The notes under the pieces are model-generated. The model did no database searches. It saw only the letters and a list, made by a program, of their open reading frames with translations, and had not been told where the DNA came from. 64,000 nucleotides of DNA from Arcobacteraceae bacterium (GTDB taxonomy: Bacteria > Campylobacterota > Campylobacteria > Campylobacterales > Arcobacteraceae): contig CBDCZH010000010.1 of assembly GCA_965224485.1 (NCBI GenBank), positions 192,001-256,000 of the forward strand, given 5' to 3'. The translations under genes and the position numbers were made by a program. Positions within the stretch are counted from its first letter, which is position 1. Each line of letters opens with the position of its first letter. Of this stretch, positions 51,908 through 62,039 are shown piece by piece.

Positions 51908-54373
51908 ATGGATAGTGTTTATAGTATAAATATAGAAAGAGCAGTTCTAAGTTCAATTTTATTTAACCCAGATGAGATAGAAGATGTTCTAGGAATTTTA
52001 AAAGCAAAAGATTTTTATTTGCCAATGCATCAAAAAATCTTTGCTGTAATGGTTAAACTTCATGACCAAGATATGCCAATTGATGAAGAGTTTATAAGAA
52101 AAAAACTTGATTCTAAAGAAGTTGATGATTCTGTTTTAATAGAAATACTCTCAGCAAACCCAATTACAAATACCTTAGCTTATGTAAAAGAAATTAAAGA
52201 TGCAAGTGTAAAAAGAGAACTAGCAACACTAGCAACTACTATTAAAAAAGTAGCGATTGAAGAAGATATACCAGCAAGTGAAGCTGTTGATACAGTTCAA
52301 AATGCCTTGTATAAAATCTCAACTGACTCAGCTTCTACTGAGCTTAAAAATATAGAAGTTATCACAAGTGATACCTTAGAATATATTAAAAAAATGAAAA
52401 AACTTGGTAATAAACACCTTATTGGTGAAACAACAGGTTTTTACGATTTAGATAAAAAAACAACAGGTTTTAATGAGGGTGATTTAGTTATTATTGCTGC
52501 ACGTCCTGCTATGGGTAAGTGTTTGGCACGTGGTACTAAAATTGTAATGTTTGATGGAAATTTAAAGAATGTAGAAGACATACAAGTAGGCGATCAATTA
52601 ATGGGTGATGACTCAAAACCTAGAAATATTCTCTCAACTACAAGTGGTAAAGAACAAATGTACTGGGTACGTCAAAACAAAGCTCTTGATTATCGAGTTA
52701 ATGAATCTCATATATTATCACTAAAAAGAAGTAGAAATGAAGGACCTCATAAAAATGGAGATATTTTAAATATTAACATTAAAGAGTATTTTGAAAAAAC
52801 TACTAAATTCAAAAGTAACTATAAGGGATATAAAGTTGCAATTGAATTTGAAGAAAAAGAGACAAAAATTGATCCTTATTATTTAGGTCTTTGGTTAGGA
52901 GATGGTTCTTCTTCAAAAGTAAGTATATATAATCAAGATAAAGAAATAATCACTTATTTGATTTCTTATGCAAAAAAACTAGGTTTAAGCCTTCGAGAAT
53001 ATATTCAAGAAGATAAATGTCCTGAATATTCAATAACAAATGGAAAGTCTGTTGATGGTAAAACAGCTTTCTCATTACAAAAACTTTTAAGAGATGAAGA
53101 ATTATTAAATAATAAACATATACCAAAACAGTATTTACTAAATTCTAAAACTAAAAGATTAGAACTTTTAGCTGGATTATTGGACAGTGATGGACATTAT
53201 GATAAAAAAGCTAATGGTTTTGAAATAACACAAAAAAATGAAAACTTGGCTAAAGAGATTAAGTACTTATGTGATTCTTTAGGTTTCAGAACATCATTAA
53301 TATCAAAAAAAGCAAGTATAAAAAAGATAAAATTTGAAAGTATTGTTTATCGAGTAAGAATATTTGGAAACATAAATATTATTCCAACCAAAATCAAAAG
53401 AAAACAAGCAAAAAAATGGACTTGTAATAGAACCTGGAATCAAACAGGAATAAGTATAGAAAAAGATATAGTTGATGAATATTATGGCTTTGAAATAGAT
53501 GGAAATAGACTTTTTTTATTAGAAGATATGACTGTTACTCACAATACTGCACTTGTACTTAATATGGCTTTAGCAAATGTTGAAGCAAATAAAGGTGTTA
53601 TTATTTTCTCACTAGAAATGCCAGCTGAGCAGTTGATGTTAAGAATGTTAGCTGCAAAAACATCTATTCCTTTACAGAACTTAAGAAAAGGTGATTTAGA
53701 TGATTCCCAATGGAGTCTTTTAAGTACAGCTTTTGAAGATTTAAATCAGAAAAAACTTTTTGTTGATGATGGGGGAAGTATTAATATTAACCAACTTCGT
53801 GCAAGAGTTCGAAAATTAGCACAAAATGCAGATAATAATATTTCTATGATTGTTATTGATTATTTACAACTAATGCAAGGAACTGGCGGAAAAGATAGAC
53901 ACTTGGAGGTTTCTGAAATTTCTAGGGGACTTAAGATGTTAGCAAGGGAGCTAAAAATTCCAGTAATTGCCTTATCACAGTTAAACAGGGGTTTAGAAAA
54001 TAGACCTGATAAGCGACCAATGTTAAGTGATATTAGAGAGTCTGGAGCTATTGAGCAAGATGCTGATATTATTATGTTTGTTTATAGAGATGATGTATAT
54101 AAAGAAAGAGATGAAGCAAGAAAAGAGAAAGAAGCTAAAGATAAAGGTGAAGAGTATAAGTCTACTTTTGTAAATAACCCAGTTGAAGAAGCAGAAATAA
54201 TAATTGGAAAACAAAGAAATGGACCAATAGGAACTGTTAAACTTGATTTTCAAAAAGCATTAACACGATTTGTTAGTAAAGAACAAGCTGGTGGTGCTCC
54301 AATAGAAGTAGTATTTGAAAGTGTTGCTGATGTAACAAGAGAAACTAATATAGATATTCCTGATATTTTATAA
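51908..54373 (+). CDS. dnaB: Replicative DNA helicase DnaB, intein-containing precursor (479 aa after splicing)
   Basis: AARPAMGK|T Walker A, FSLEM, IDYLQL, LSQLNR, RESGAIEQDAD and KQRNGP motifs. Confidence 0.97.
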   Translation: MDSVYSINIERAVLSSILFNPDEIEDVLGILKAKDFYLPMHQKIFAVMVKLHDQDMPIDEEFIRKKLDSKEVDDSVLIEILSANPITNTLAYVKEIKDASVKRELATLATTIKKVAIEEDIPASEAVDTVQNALYKISTDSASTELKNIEVITSDTLEYIKKMKKLGNKHLIGETTGFYDLDKKTTGFNEGDLVIIAARPAMGKCLARGTKIVMFDGNLKNVEDIQVGDQLMGDDSKPRNILSTTSGKEQMYWVRQNKALDYRVNESHILSLKRSRNEGPHKNGDILNINIKEYFEKTTKFKSNYKGYKVAIEFEEKETKIDPYYLGLWLGDGSSSKVSIYNQDKEIITYLISYAKKLGLSLREYIQEDKCPEYSITNGKSVDGKTAFSLQKLLRDEELLNNKHIPKQYLLNSKTKRLELLAGLLDSDGHYDKKANGFEITQKNENLAKEIKYLCDSLGFRTSLISKKASIKKIKFESIVYRVRIFGNINIIPTKIKRKQAKKWTCNRTWNQTGISIEKDIVDEYYGFEIDGNRLFLLEDMTVTHNTALVLNMALANVEANKGVIIFSLEMPAEQLMLRMLAAKTSIPLQNLRKGDLDDSQWSLLSTAFEDLNQKKLFVDDGGSININQLRARVRKLAQNADNNISMIVIDYLQLMQGTGGKDRHLEVSEISRGLKMLARELKIPVIALSQLNRGLENRPDKRPMLSDIRESGAIEQDADIIMFVYRDDVYKERDEARKEKEAKDKGEEYKSTFVNNPVEEAEIIIGKQRNGPIGTVKLDFQKALTRFVSKEQAGGAPIEVVFESVADVTRETNIDIPDIL
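52520..53545 (+). mobile_element. Intein with LAGLIDADG homing endonuclease (342 aa) in the DnaB P-loop
   Basis: Starts C-LARGT after GK and ends VTHN before T; LAGLIDADG motifs YYLGLWLGDG and LLAGLLDSDG. Confidence 0.96.
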
Positions 54374-54470
54374 GAAGTAAATTTAGAAAATAATAGAAAT
54401 AAAATAAGTAATTTAGTTATTTCTTAGCAAGAATCAATTATACTTAACTATCTTTTTAAAGGAGTTAATT

Positions 54471-54761
54471 ATGAAAATTATTTTGATTTTATTTTTGGGA
54501 ATAGCTTTTGCCTTCTCAAGTGTAAAAATAAATTCTGCAAGTGCAGAAGAGTTTGTTAGTTTAGTTGGCGTTGGGGTAAAAAAAGCTCAGAATATTGTGA
54601 AATATAGAGAGTTTAATGGTTGTTTTAAAAGTATTTCTGATTTGAGCATGGTAAAAGGAATAGCTAATAAAACAATAGAAAAAAATAAAAAGATGCTTGT
54701 TCTTGATAAGTGTCCTAATAAATCTAGTAAGTCTAAAAAACTTAAAATAAGTAAAAAATAA
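54471..54761 (+). CDS. comEA: ComEA-family helix-hairpin-helix DNA-binding protein
   Basis: Signal peptide; INSASAEEF..LVGVG..KA..IV.YR..NG.F....DL..VKGI. Confidence 0.85.
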   Translation: MKIILILFLGIAFAFSSVKINSASAEEFVSLVGVGVKKAQNIVKYREFNGCFKSISDLSMVKGIANKTIEKNKKMLVLDKCPNKSSKSKKLKISKK

Positions 54762-54789
54762 AACTTGGGAGATTCTTCTCCTAAAGTTT
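54761..54789 (+). terminator. Terminator-like hairpin after comEA
   Basis: AAACTT-GGGAGA-TTCT-TCTCCT-AAAGTTT. Confidence 0.55.
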
Positions 54790-54900
54790 CTATCTCATTT
54801 CTCTCAAATCTACATTTTTATAATTTAAATATTTAAGTACTAAAGTAATTTTTATGTTACTTTTGAATATAATCATATTAATAATTAAAGAAAGAAAAAA

Positions 54901-55734
54901 ATGATAAAAAAATGTTTATTTCCAGCAGCTGGTTACGGTACAAGATTCTTACCAGCAACAAAAGCCACTCCAAAAGAGATGTTACCTGTTTTAACTAAAC
55001 CATTGATTCAATATGGTGTTGAAGAAGCTTTAAGTGCTGGTATTTCAACTATGGCAATAGTAACAGGTCGAGGTAAAAGAGCAATTGAAGATCATTTTGA
55101 TATTTCATATGAGTTGGAACATCAAATTAAAGGTACGTCAAAAGAACATTATTTAAATGAAATTAGAGATGTTATAACTAAATGTACTTTTTCTTATACT
55201 AGACAAGTTGAGATGAAAGGTTTAGGTCATGCTATTTTATGTGGCCAAACTTTAATTGGAAATGAAGCTTTTGCAGTTGTTTTAGCAGATGACCTTTGTG
55301 ATAATGATGATTCTGAGCTTAATGAAAGTGTTTTAGAACAAATGGTAAAAGTATATGAAAAATACAAATGCTCAATTGTTGCAATAGAAGAAATTCCAAT
55401 GAGTGATACAAATAAATATGGAGTAATTGAAGGAAATTTAATAGAAGAAAATTTATTTCAAATTACTAATATGGTGGAAAAACCTGAAAGCAAGGATGCT
55501 CCTTCGAATTTAGCAATTATTGGAAGATATATTTTAACACCTGATATATTTGATATTTTACAAGATACAAAACCAGGTAAGGGTGGAGAAATTCAAATAA
55601 CAGATGCCCTTTTAGAACAAGCGAAAAAAGGCAAGGTATTAGCCTATAAATTTAAAGGTAAAAGATTTGATTGTGGAAGTATAGATGGTTTTGTACAAGC
55701 AACAAATTATTTTTATGAAAAAGAGAGCAAATAA
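54901..55734 (+). CDS. galU: UTP--glucose-1-phosphate uridylyltransferase
   Basis: PAAGYGTRFLPATK, KEMLP, VEKP and GEIQITDA motifs. Confidence 0.97.
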   Translation: MIKKCLFPAAGYGTRFLPATKATPKEMLPVLTKPLIQYGVEEALSAGISTMAIVTGRGKRAIEDHFDISYELEHQIKGTSKEHYLNEIRDVITKCTFSYTRQVEMKGLGHAILCGQTLIGNEAFAVVLADDLCDNDDSELNESVLEQMVKVYEKYKCSIVAIEEIPMSDTNKYGVIEGNLIEENLFQITNMVEKPESKDAPSNLAIIGRYILTPDIFDILQDTKPGKGGEIQITDALLEQAKKGKVLAYKFKGKRFDCGSIDGFVQATNYFYEKESK

Positions 55735-57066
55735 ATGAAAATTAGTATTATAGGAACTGGATACGTAGGACTTGTAAGTGGAACGTGTTTTGCCCAAATG
55801 GGAAATAGTGTTATTTGTGTAGATATTGATAAACAAAAAGTAGCTTCTTTAAAAAAAGGTGTAGTTCCTATTTATGAGCCAAGTTTAGAAGAAATGGTTA
55901 TAAATAATTATAAAAATTCTAGCTTAGATTTTACTAGTGATATTTCTTATGCCTTAAAAAACTCAAATATTTGTTTTATTGCAGTTGGAACTCCTATGGG
56001 TGAAGATGGAAGTGCTGATTTAAAATATGTTTTAGGGGTTGCTAAGAGTATTGGTGAGAATATGACTCATCATATGTATGTGGTTGATAAATCAACAGTA
56101 CCAGTTGGAACTGCTTTAAAAGTAAAAGATGAGATACAAAAAGCCTTAGATAAAAGAGAATCTAAACTTACTTTTGATGTTATTTCAAATCCTGAATTTT
56201 TAAAAGAGGGTGCTGCTATTGAAGACTTTATGAAACCTGATAGAGTTGTAATTGGAGCTGATAATGAAGCTGCTTTTGATGTTATGAGAGAGTTATATAC
56301 ACCTTTTACAAGAAATCATGATAGATTTATTGCTATGGATATTAAAAGTGCAGAAATGACAAAATATGCAGCAAATGCTATGTTAGCTACAAAAATATCT
56401 TTTATGAATGAGATGTCAAATATTTGTGAACGCGTTGGAGCTGATATAAATAAGGTTAGAAATGGAATTGGAAGTGATTCTAGAATTGGTTACTCTTTTA
56501 TTTATCCAGGTTGTGGATATGGGGGATCTTGTTTCCCAAAAGATGTGCAAGCTTTAGCTAAAACAGCAAAAGATTTTGGTTATACTCCTAAAATTTTAGA
56601 TGCAGTAGAAGAAGTAAATTATGCACAAAAGAAAGTAATTTCAAATAAAGTTATAAAAAGATTTGCTAAAAATGATAGTTTAGAAGGTCTTAGCTTCGCA
56701 GTTTGGGGTTTAGCTTTTAAACCTGAAACAGATGATATGAGAGAAGCTACATCAATTACAGTTATAAATGAATTAACTAAAAGAGGTGCTAAAATTATAG
56801 CGTATGATCCAAAAGCAATAAAAGAAGCAAAAGAACATTATTTAAAAGATAATAAAAATATTAAATATGTAGATAATAAATATGATGCTTTAAATGAATC
56901 AAATGCTTTAATTTTATTAACAGAATGGAAAGAGTTTAGAAGTCCAGATTTTGATGAGATAAAACAAAGATTAAAAGAAACAATAATTTTTGATGGAAGA
57001 AATCAATATAACAAAGAAAAACTAGAAATAGATGGATTTGAATATTTTCAAATAGGTGTTAAATAA
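55735..57066 (+). CDS. ugd: UDP-glucose 6-dehydrogenase
   Basis: GTGYVG, SNPEFLKEG, GYGGSCFPKD and AFKPETDDMRE motifs. Confidence 0.94.
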   Translation: MKISIIGTGYVGLVSGTCFAQMGNSVICVDIDKQKVASLKKGVVPIYEPSLEEMVINNYKNSSLDFTSDISYALKNSNICFIAVGTPMGEDGSADLKYVLGVAKSIGENMTHHMYVVDKSTVPVGTALKVKDEIQKALDKRESKLTFDVISNPEFLKEGAAIEDFMKPDRVVIGADNEAAFDVMRELYTPFTRNHDRFIAMDIKSAEMTKYAANAMLATKISFMNEMSNICERVGADINKVRNGIGSDSRIGYSFIYPGCGYGGSCFPKDVQALAKTAKDFGYTPKILDAVEEVNYAQKKVISNKVIKRFAKNDSLEGLSFAVWGLAFKPETDDMREATSITVINELTKRGAKIIAYDPKAIKEAKEHYLKDNKNIKYVDNKYDALNESNALILLTEWKEFRSPDFDEIKQRLKETIIFDGRNQYNKEKLEIDGFEYFQIGVK

Positions 57067-57126
57067 TACTTAAAGAATTATAGTTAAAAGAATAGAATAT
57101 ACTAAATTTAATAAGCAAGGAAATAA

Positions 57127-58341
57127 GTGAAATATACAAAAAATTTTTATGAAATAAAATCAAATGATATAATATTTTCTAGCTTAGAAGAAGAGAGTAA
57201 AACTATAGGTTATTATTCCTTACCTGATCAACATATTGATGATGTTTTATTTTATGCAAAAAGTGTTAAACAAAAAGATATTGCAATAGTAGGAATTGGT
57301 GGTAGTACACTTGGAACTTATGCTATTCATAAGTTTTTAAAAACAAACAAAACATCAAATAAAAAATTGCACTTTTTTGAATCAACAGATCCAACAGATA
57401 TAAAATCAAGAGTTGAAAAACTTAATTTAAAAGATACCTTATTTTTAATAATCTCAAAATCAGGAACTACAATTGAGACGATAAGTATATTTAAATATTT
57501 ATCTTCTTTATTGGTAATTGATAAAAATAATTGTCTAATAATTTCTGAAGTAGACTCATCATTAAGTAGTTTTGCTAAAACAAATGATATAAAAACATTT
57601 GCAATACCTAAAAATGTAGGTGGAAGATTTTCAGTATTTTCAAATGTAGGATTAGTTCCTTTGGCAATAATTGGAGTAGATATAAAAGAACTTCTTAAAG
57701 GGGCTAAGGAAGTAAAAGATTCATTTTTTGAAAAAGGTAAATATTATAATGAAATCTTTGAAAAAGCAAGATTTTTAGTAGAAAATAAAAAAAGATTTAA
57801 TATAAATATTGTTTTTTCATACTCTGCTTCGTTAGAAGGTTTCAATAAATGGTATGTGCAACTTTGGGGCGAGAGTTTAGGAAAGCTAAATATTAATGGT
57901 ACAAAACAAAGTTTAACTCCAATAGGACTAATAGGTCCAGTTGATCAACATAGTTTTTTACAATTAATAGTTGAGGGAAATAGAAATAAAACAGTAACTT
58001 TTATAAAAATAGAAGACTTTCAAGATGAAACAGTAATTCCAGCTAATAATCTTAAAGGTTTTTCTGATTTAAATTATATAGATGGTTTAAAATTCCAAGA
58101 TTTATTAGCAGCTCAAGCAGATGCTACAATACAGTCAATTAAAGAATTAAAAGACATTCCATATGATATAATAACAATAGATAAACAAAATGAAAAGAAC
58201 ATAGCAAAACTAATGTTTTCTTTTCAGTTACTTACTTCAGTTGTAGGTAAATTTGTACAAATAAATACCTACGATCAACCAGGAGTTGAAAGAGGGAAAA
58301 ACATTTTAAAAGAGAAATTAAAAGAAAGAAAAGTATTTTAG
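57127..58341 (+). CDS. pgi: Glucose-6-phosphate isomerase
   Basis: GIGGS, SKSGTT, VGGRFS, QLWGESLGK and DQPGVE motifs; GTG start. Confidence 0.95.
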   Translation: MKYTKNFYEIKSNDIIFSSLEEESKTIGYYSLPDQHIDDVLFYAKSVKQKDIAIVGIGGSTLGTYAIHKFLKTNKTSNKKLHFFESTDPTDIKSRVEKLNLKDTLFLIISKSGTTIETISIFKYLSSLLVIDKNNCLIISEVDSSLSSFAKTNDIKTFAIPKNVGGRFSVFSNVGLVPLAIIGVDIKELLKGAKEVKDSFFEKGKYYNEIFEKARFLVENKKRFNINIVFSYSASLEGFNKWYVQLWGESLGKLNINGTKQSLTPIGLIGPVDQHSFLQLIVEGNRNKTVTFIKIEDFQDETVIPANNLKGFSDLNYIDGLKFQDLLAAQADATIQSIKELKDIPYDIITIDKQNEKNIAKLMFSFQLLTSVVGKFVQINTYDQPGVERGKNILKEKLKERKVF

Positions 58342-58427
58342 TATGATAAGAATTAAAGTTCAATGCAGGGAAGTAATTTTAAGACTAAAGTCTAATGCAA
58401 TTCTTCCTCTAAAAGGGAGAATGTAAA

Positions 58428-59519
58428 ATGACGAGTCGTAAAATTCTAGTAACAGGAACAGCAGGTTTTATAGGTAGTCATTTAGCTATAGAACTATTAG
58501 AAAGAGGAAATGAAGTTGTTGGTTTAGATAATATCAATGATTATTATGACCAAAAAGTTAAATACGGTAGACTTCATCGTGGTGGTATTATTAATAAGAT
58601 TGAAGATGGTGAACATATAGAATATAATAAATTATTAGTTTCAAAAACTAATAAAAACTATAAATTTATCAAATTAAATTTAGAAGATAAAGATAATATG
58701 ATGAAACTTTTTGAAGAAGAAAAGTTTGATGCTGTATGTAATCTTGCTGCGCAAGCAGGTGTAAGATATTCTTTAAGCAATCCATCAGCCTATATGGACT
58801 CTAATATTATAGGTTTTATGAATATCTTAGAGTCTTGTAGGTATAACAATGTTAAAAATTTATCATATGCTTCTTCCTCGTCTGTATATGGATTAAATGA
58901 AGAATTGCCATTTTCTACAAATCATGATGTTTCGCATCCTATATCTTTGTATGCAGCAAGTAAAAAATCAAATGAACTTATGGCTCATACCTATTCTCAT
59001 TTATTTGATATATGTACAACAGGACTTAGGTTTTTTACAGTTTATGGACCATGGGGAAGACCAGATATGGCTTTATATCTTTTTACTAAAGCTGCTATTG
59101 AAGGAAAAAGTATTGATGTATTTAATAATGGTGAAATGTTAAGAGATTTTACTTATATTGATGATATTGTAGAAGGGATTATTAGAGTTATAGATAATCC
59201 AGCTTCAAAAGATGAAAAGTGGAATGGTAAAACTGGAGAAGTTTCAAGCTCTTCAGCTCCTTATAAAATATATAATATAGGAAATAATAATCCAGTTAAA
59301 TTAATGGATTTTATTAAAGCCATTGAAAATAAACTTGGACTTACCATAAAGAAAAACTTTTTACCTATTCAAGCAGGTGATGTTCCAGCAACATTTGCAG
59401 ATGTTCAAGATTTAATAGATGATTTAGATTATAAACCACAAACACCAATACAAGAAGGAATTGATAAATTCGTTGATTGGTATTTAGATTTTTTTAATAT
59501 AGATAAGGAGATAAAATAA
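58428..59519 (+). CDS. NAD-dependent epimerase (UDP-glucuronate 4-epimerase type)
   Basis: TGTAGFIG, LAAQAGVRYS, YAASK and RFFTVYGPWGRPDMA motifs. Confidence 0.9.
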   Translation: MTSRKILVTGTAGFIGSHLAIELLERGNEVVGLDNINDYYDQKVKYGRLHRGGIINKIEDGEHIEYNKLLVSKTNKNYKFIKLNLEDKDNMMKLFEEEKFDAVCNLAAQAGVRYSLSNPSAYMDSNIIGFMNILESCRYNNVKNLSYASSSSVYGLNEELPFSTNHDVSHPISLYAASKKSNELMAHTYSHLFDICTTGLRFFTVYGPWGRPDMALYLFTKAAIEGKSIDVFNNGEMLRDFTYIDDIVEGIIRVIDNPASKDEKWNGKTGEVSSSSAPYKIYNIGNNNPVKLMDFIKAIENKLGLTIKKNFLPIQAGDVPATFADVQDLIDDLDYKPQTPIQEGIDKFVDWYLDFFNIDKEIK

Positions 59520-60794
59520 ATGCAAAATAAAGAGTTTTTAAAAAATTGTAAAATATGTATAATAGGACTAGGATATGTTGGTTTACCTCTAGCTCATGCT
59601 TTTTCTTCTAAATATGAAGTACTAGGATTAGATATTTATCAAAAGAGAATTGATGAACTTAATTCTGCTTATGATAGAACTTTAGAATTAAATGAAAAAC
59701 AATTGCAAGAAGCATTAGATAATAATATTAAGTTTACAACTAAGGCAGATGATATAAAAGATTGTAATATATATATTGTTACTGTTCCAACTCCAATTGA
59801 TAAAAACAAAAGGCCAGACTTAAGCCCTTTATTAAAAGCTAGTGAAACAATAGGAAAAGTTCTAAAAAAAGACGATATTGTAATTTATGAATCAACAGTA
59901 TATCCAGGTGCAACAGAAGAAGAGTGTGTTCCAGTTTTAGAGAAATTTTCAAGACTTAAATTTAATCAAGACTTTTTTTGTGGATATTCTCCTGAGCGAA
60001 TTAATCCAGGAGATAAAGAACATACAGTTACAAAAATTCTAAAAGTAACAGCTGGTTCAACACCTGAGATTGGAAAAAAAGTAGATGCACTTTATTCTTC
60101 AATTATTACAGCGGGAACTCATTTAGCTCCTACTATTAAAGTAGCAGAAGCTGCAAAAGTAATAGAAAATTCCCAAAGAGATATAAATATAGCATTTGTA
60201 AATGAACTAGCTATTATTTTTAATAAACTTAATATTAATACAAATGATGTTTTAGAAGCAGCTGGTACAAAATGGAATTTTCTTAAGTTTAAGCCAGGTT
60301 TAGTCGGTGGTCATTGTATTGGTGTTGATCCATATTATTTAACACATAAAGCCCAACAAGTTGGATATAATCCCGAAATTATTCTAGCAGGAAGAAGACT
60401 TAATGATAATATGGGAATATATGTTGCAAATCAAGTAATAAAGCTAATGATTAAAAAAGGCCATAAAATTGAAGGTTCAAAAGTATTGGTACTTGGTATA
60501 ACTTTTAAGGAAAATTGTCCTGATATTAGAAACTCTAGAGTTATTGATGTAATCGAGGAACTTAAAGAATTTGGCTGTGATATAACTGTTTCAGATTATT
60601 GGGCAGATAAAGATGAAGTTAAAAAAGAATATAATCTTAACTTAATTAGCCATTCAAAATTAAATATTCAAAATTACAATGCAGTTGTGCTAGCTGTTGC
60701 TCATGATAAGTTTAAGGATATTAATTTAAATAATGATAATCAAGTTGTCTATGATATTAAGTCTATTTTAGATTATAGTGATGGAAGATTATAG
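59520..60794 (+). CDS. UDP-N-acetylhexosamine dehydrogenase (TviB/WbpO type)
   Basis: [32 protein letters not shown] and [12 protein letters not shown] motifs. Confidence 0.9.
   Translation: MQNKEFLKNCKICIIGLGYVGLPLAHAFSSKYEVLGLDIYQKRIDELNSAYDRTLELNEKQLQEALDNNIKFTTKADDIKDCNIYIVTVPTPIDKNKRPDLSPLLKASETIGKVLKKDDIVIYESTVYPGATEEECVPVLEKFSRLKFNQDFFCGYSPERINPGDKEHTVTKILKVTAGSTPEIGKKVDALYSSIITAGTHLAPTIKVAEAAKVIENSQRDINIAFVNELAIIFNKLNINTNDVLEAAGTKWNFLKFKPGLVGGHCIGVDPYYLTHKAQQVGYNPEIILAGRRLNDNMGIYVANQVIKLMIKKGHKIEGSKVLVLGITFKENCPDIRNSRVIDVIEELKEFGCDITVSDYWADKDEVKKEYNLNLISHSKLNIQNYNAVVLAVAHDKFKDINLNNDNQVVYDIKSILDYSDGRL
60645..60679 (+). repeat. 7-bp periodic array inside the TviB-like CDS
   Basis: ATTAGCC ATTCAAA ATTAAAT ATTCAAA ATTACAA. 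Confidence 0.7.
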
Positions 60795-60797
60795 GTT

Positions 60798-62004
60798 TTG
60801 AGTAAAATATTAGGATTAATTGGACGAACCAAAGAATTATTTACAGATGATATAAAAAACTGTAATGAACAACTTAAAAAAATAGTTTCAAATTCCTCTT
60901 TTTTAGTTATTGGTGGAGCTGGTTCAATTGGGCACGCAGTTACAAAAGAAATTTTTAAAAGAAATCCCAAAAAACTTCATATTGTTGATATAAGTGAAAA
61001 TAATATGGTTGAGTTAGTACGAGATATAAGAAGTTCTTACGGCTATATAGATGGAGACTTTCAAACCTTTGCTTTAGATATTGGATCTTTAGAATATGAT
61101 GCTTTTATTGCATCAGATGGAAAATTCGATTATGTATTAAATTTATCAGCGCTAAAACATGTAAGAAGTGAAAAAGATCCATTTACTCTAATGAGAATGA
61201 TTGATACTAATATATTCAATACTGATAAAACAATTCAACAATCAATTGAAAATAAAACAAAAAAATACTTTTGTGTCTCAACTGATAAAGCTGCAAATCC
61301 TGTTAATATGATGGGTGCAAGTAAAAAGATTATGGAAATGTTTTGTAATGCGGAAATCATTAGAAATAAAAGTATCAATGGCAAGATTTGCCAATGTTGC
61401 TTTTTCTGATGGCTCACTATTACATGGATTTAATCAAAGAATTCAGAAAAATCAACCAATTGTTGCTCCTAATGATATTAAAAGATATTTTGTAACACCT
61501 CAAGAATCAGGTGAATTATGCTTAATGTCTTGTATTTTTGGAGAAAATAGAGATATCTTTTTCCCAAAGTTAAGTGAAAGTTTACATTTAATTTCTTTTG
61601 CAGATATTGCAGTTAAATACTTAAAAGATTTAGGTTATGAAGCTTATTTATGTAAAGATGAAAATGAAGCAAGAGAGTTTTTCATTAATAATTCAAAATT
61701 AAACATTCAAAATTCAAAAGTTTGGCCTTGTTTATTTACTGAAAGTGATACTACAGGAGAAAAGGATTTTGAGGAATTCTTTACTGATAATGAATTATTA
61801 GATATGAATAGATTTGAAAATTTTGGAATTATTAAAAATGAAGCAGATTTTGATGAAAATAAGTTAAATTCTTTTGAAGATAAAATAAATAAGTTTAAAA
61901 AAGATTTGTCTTGGTCAAAAGAAGAAATAGTAAAAGAATTTTTTAAAATGATTCCAGATTTTGGGCATAAAGAAACTGGGAGATATTTAGATGGTAAAAT
62001 GTGA
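60798..62004 (+). CDS. legB: NDP-GlcNAc 4,6-dehydratase (LegB-like; apparent +1 frameshift near 61343)
   Basis: GGAGSIG, ALKHVRSEKDP and STDKAANP in the first piece, continuing as ARFANVAFSDGS in the next frame; upstream of legC. Confidence 0.8.
61684..61718 (+). repeat. 7-bp periodic array inside the LegB-like CDS
   Basis: ATTAATA ATTCAAA ATTAAAC ATTCAAA ATTCAAA. Confidence 0.72.
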
Positions 62005-62039
62005 GAATCGTTGTGCTTTAGCACCGATGGAGGCTGCAG

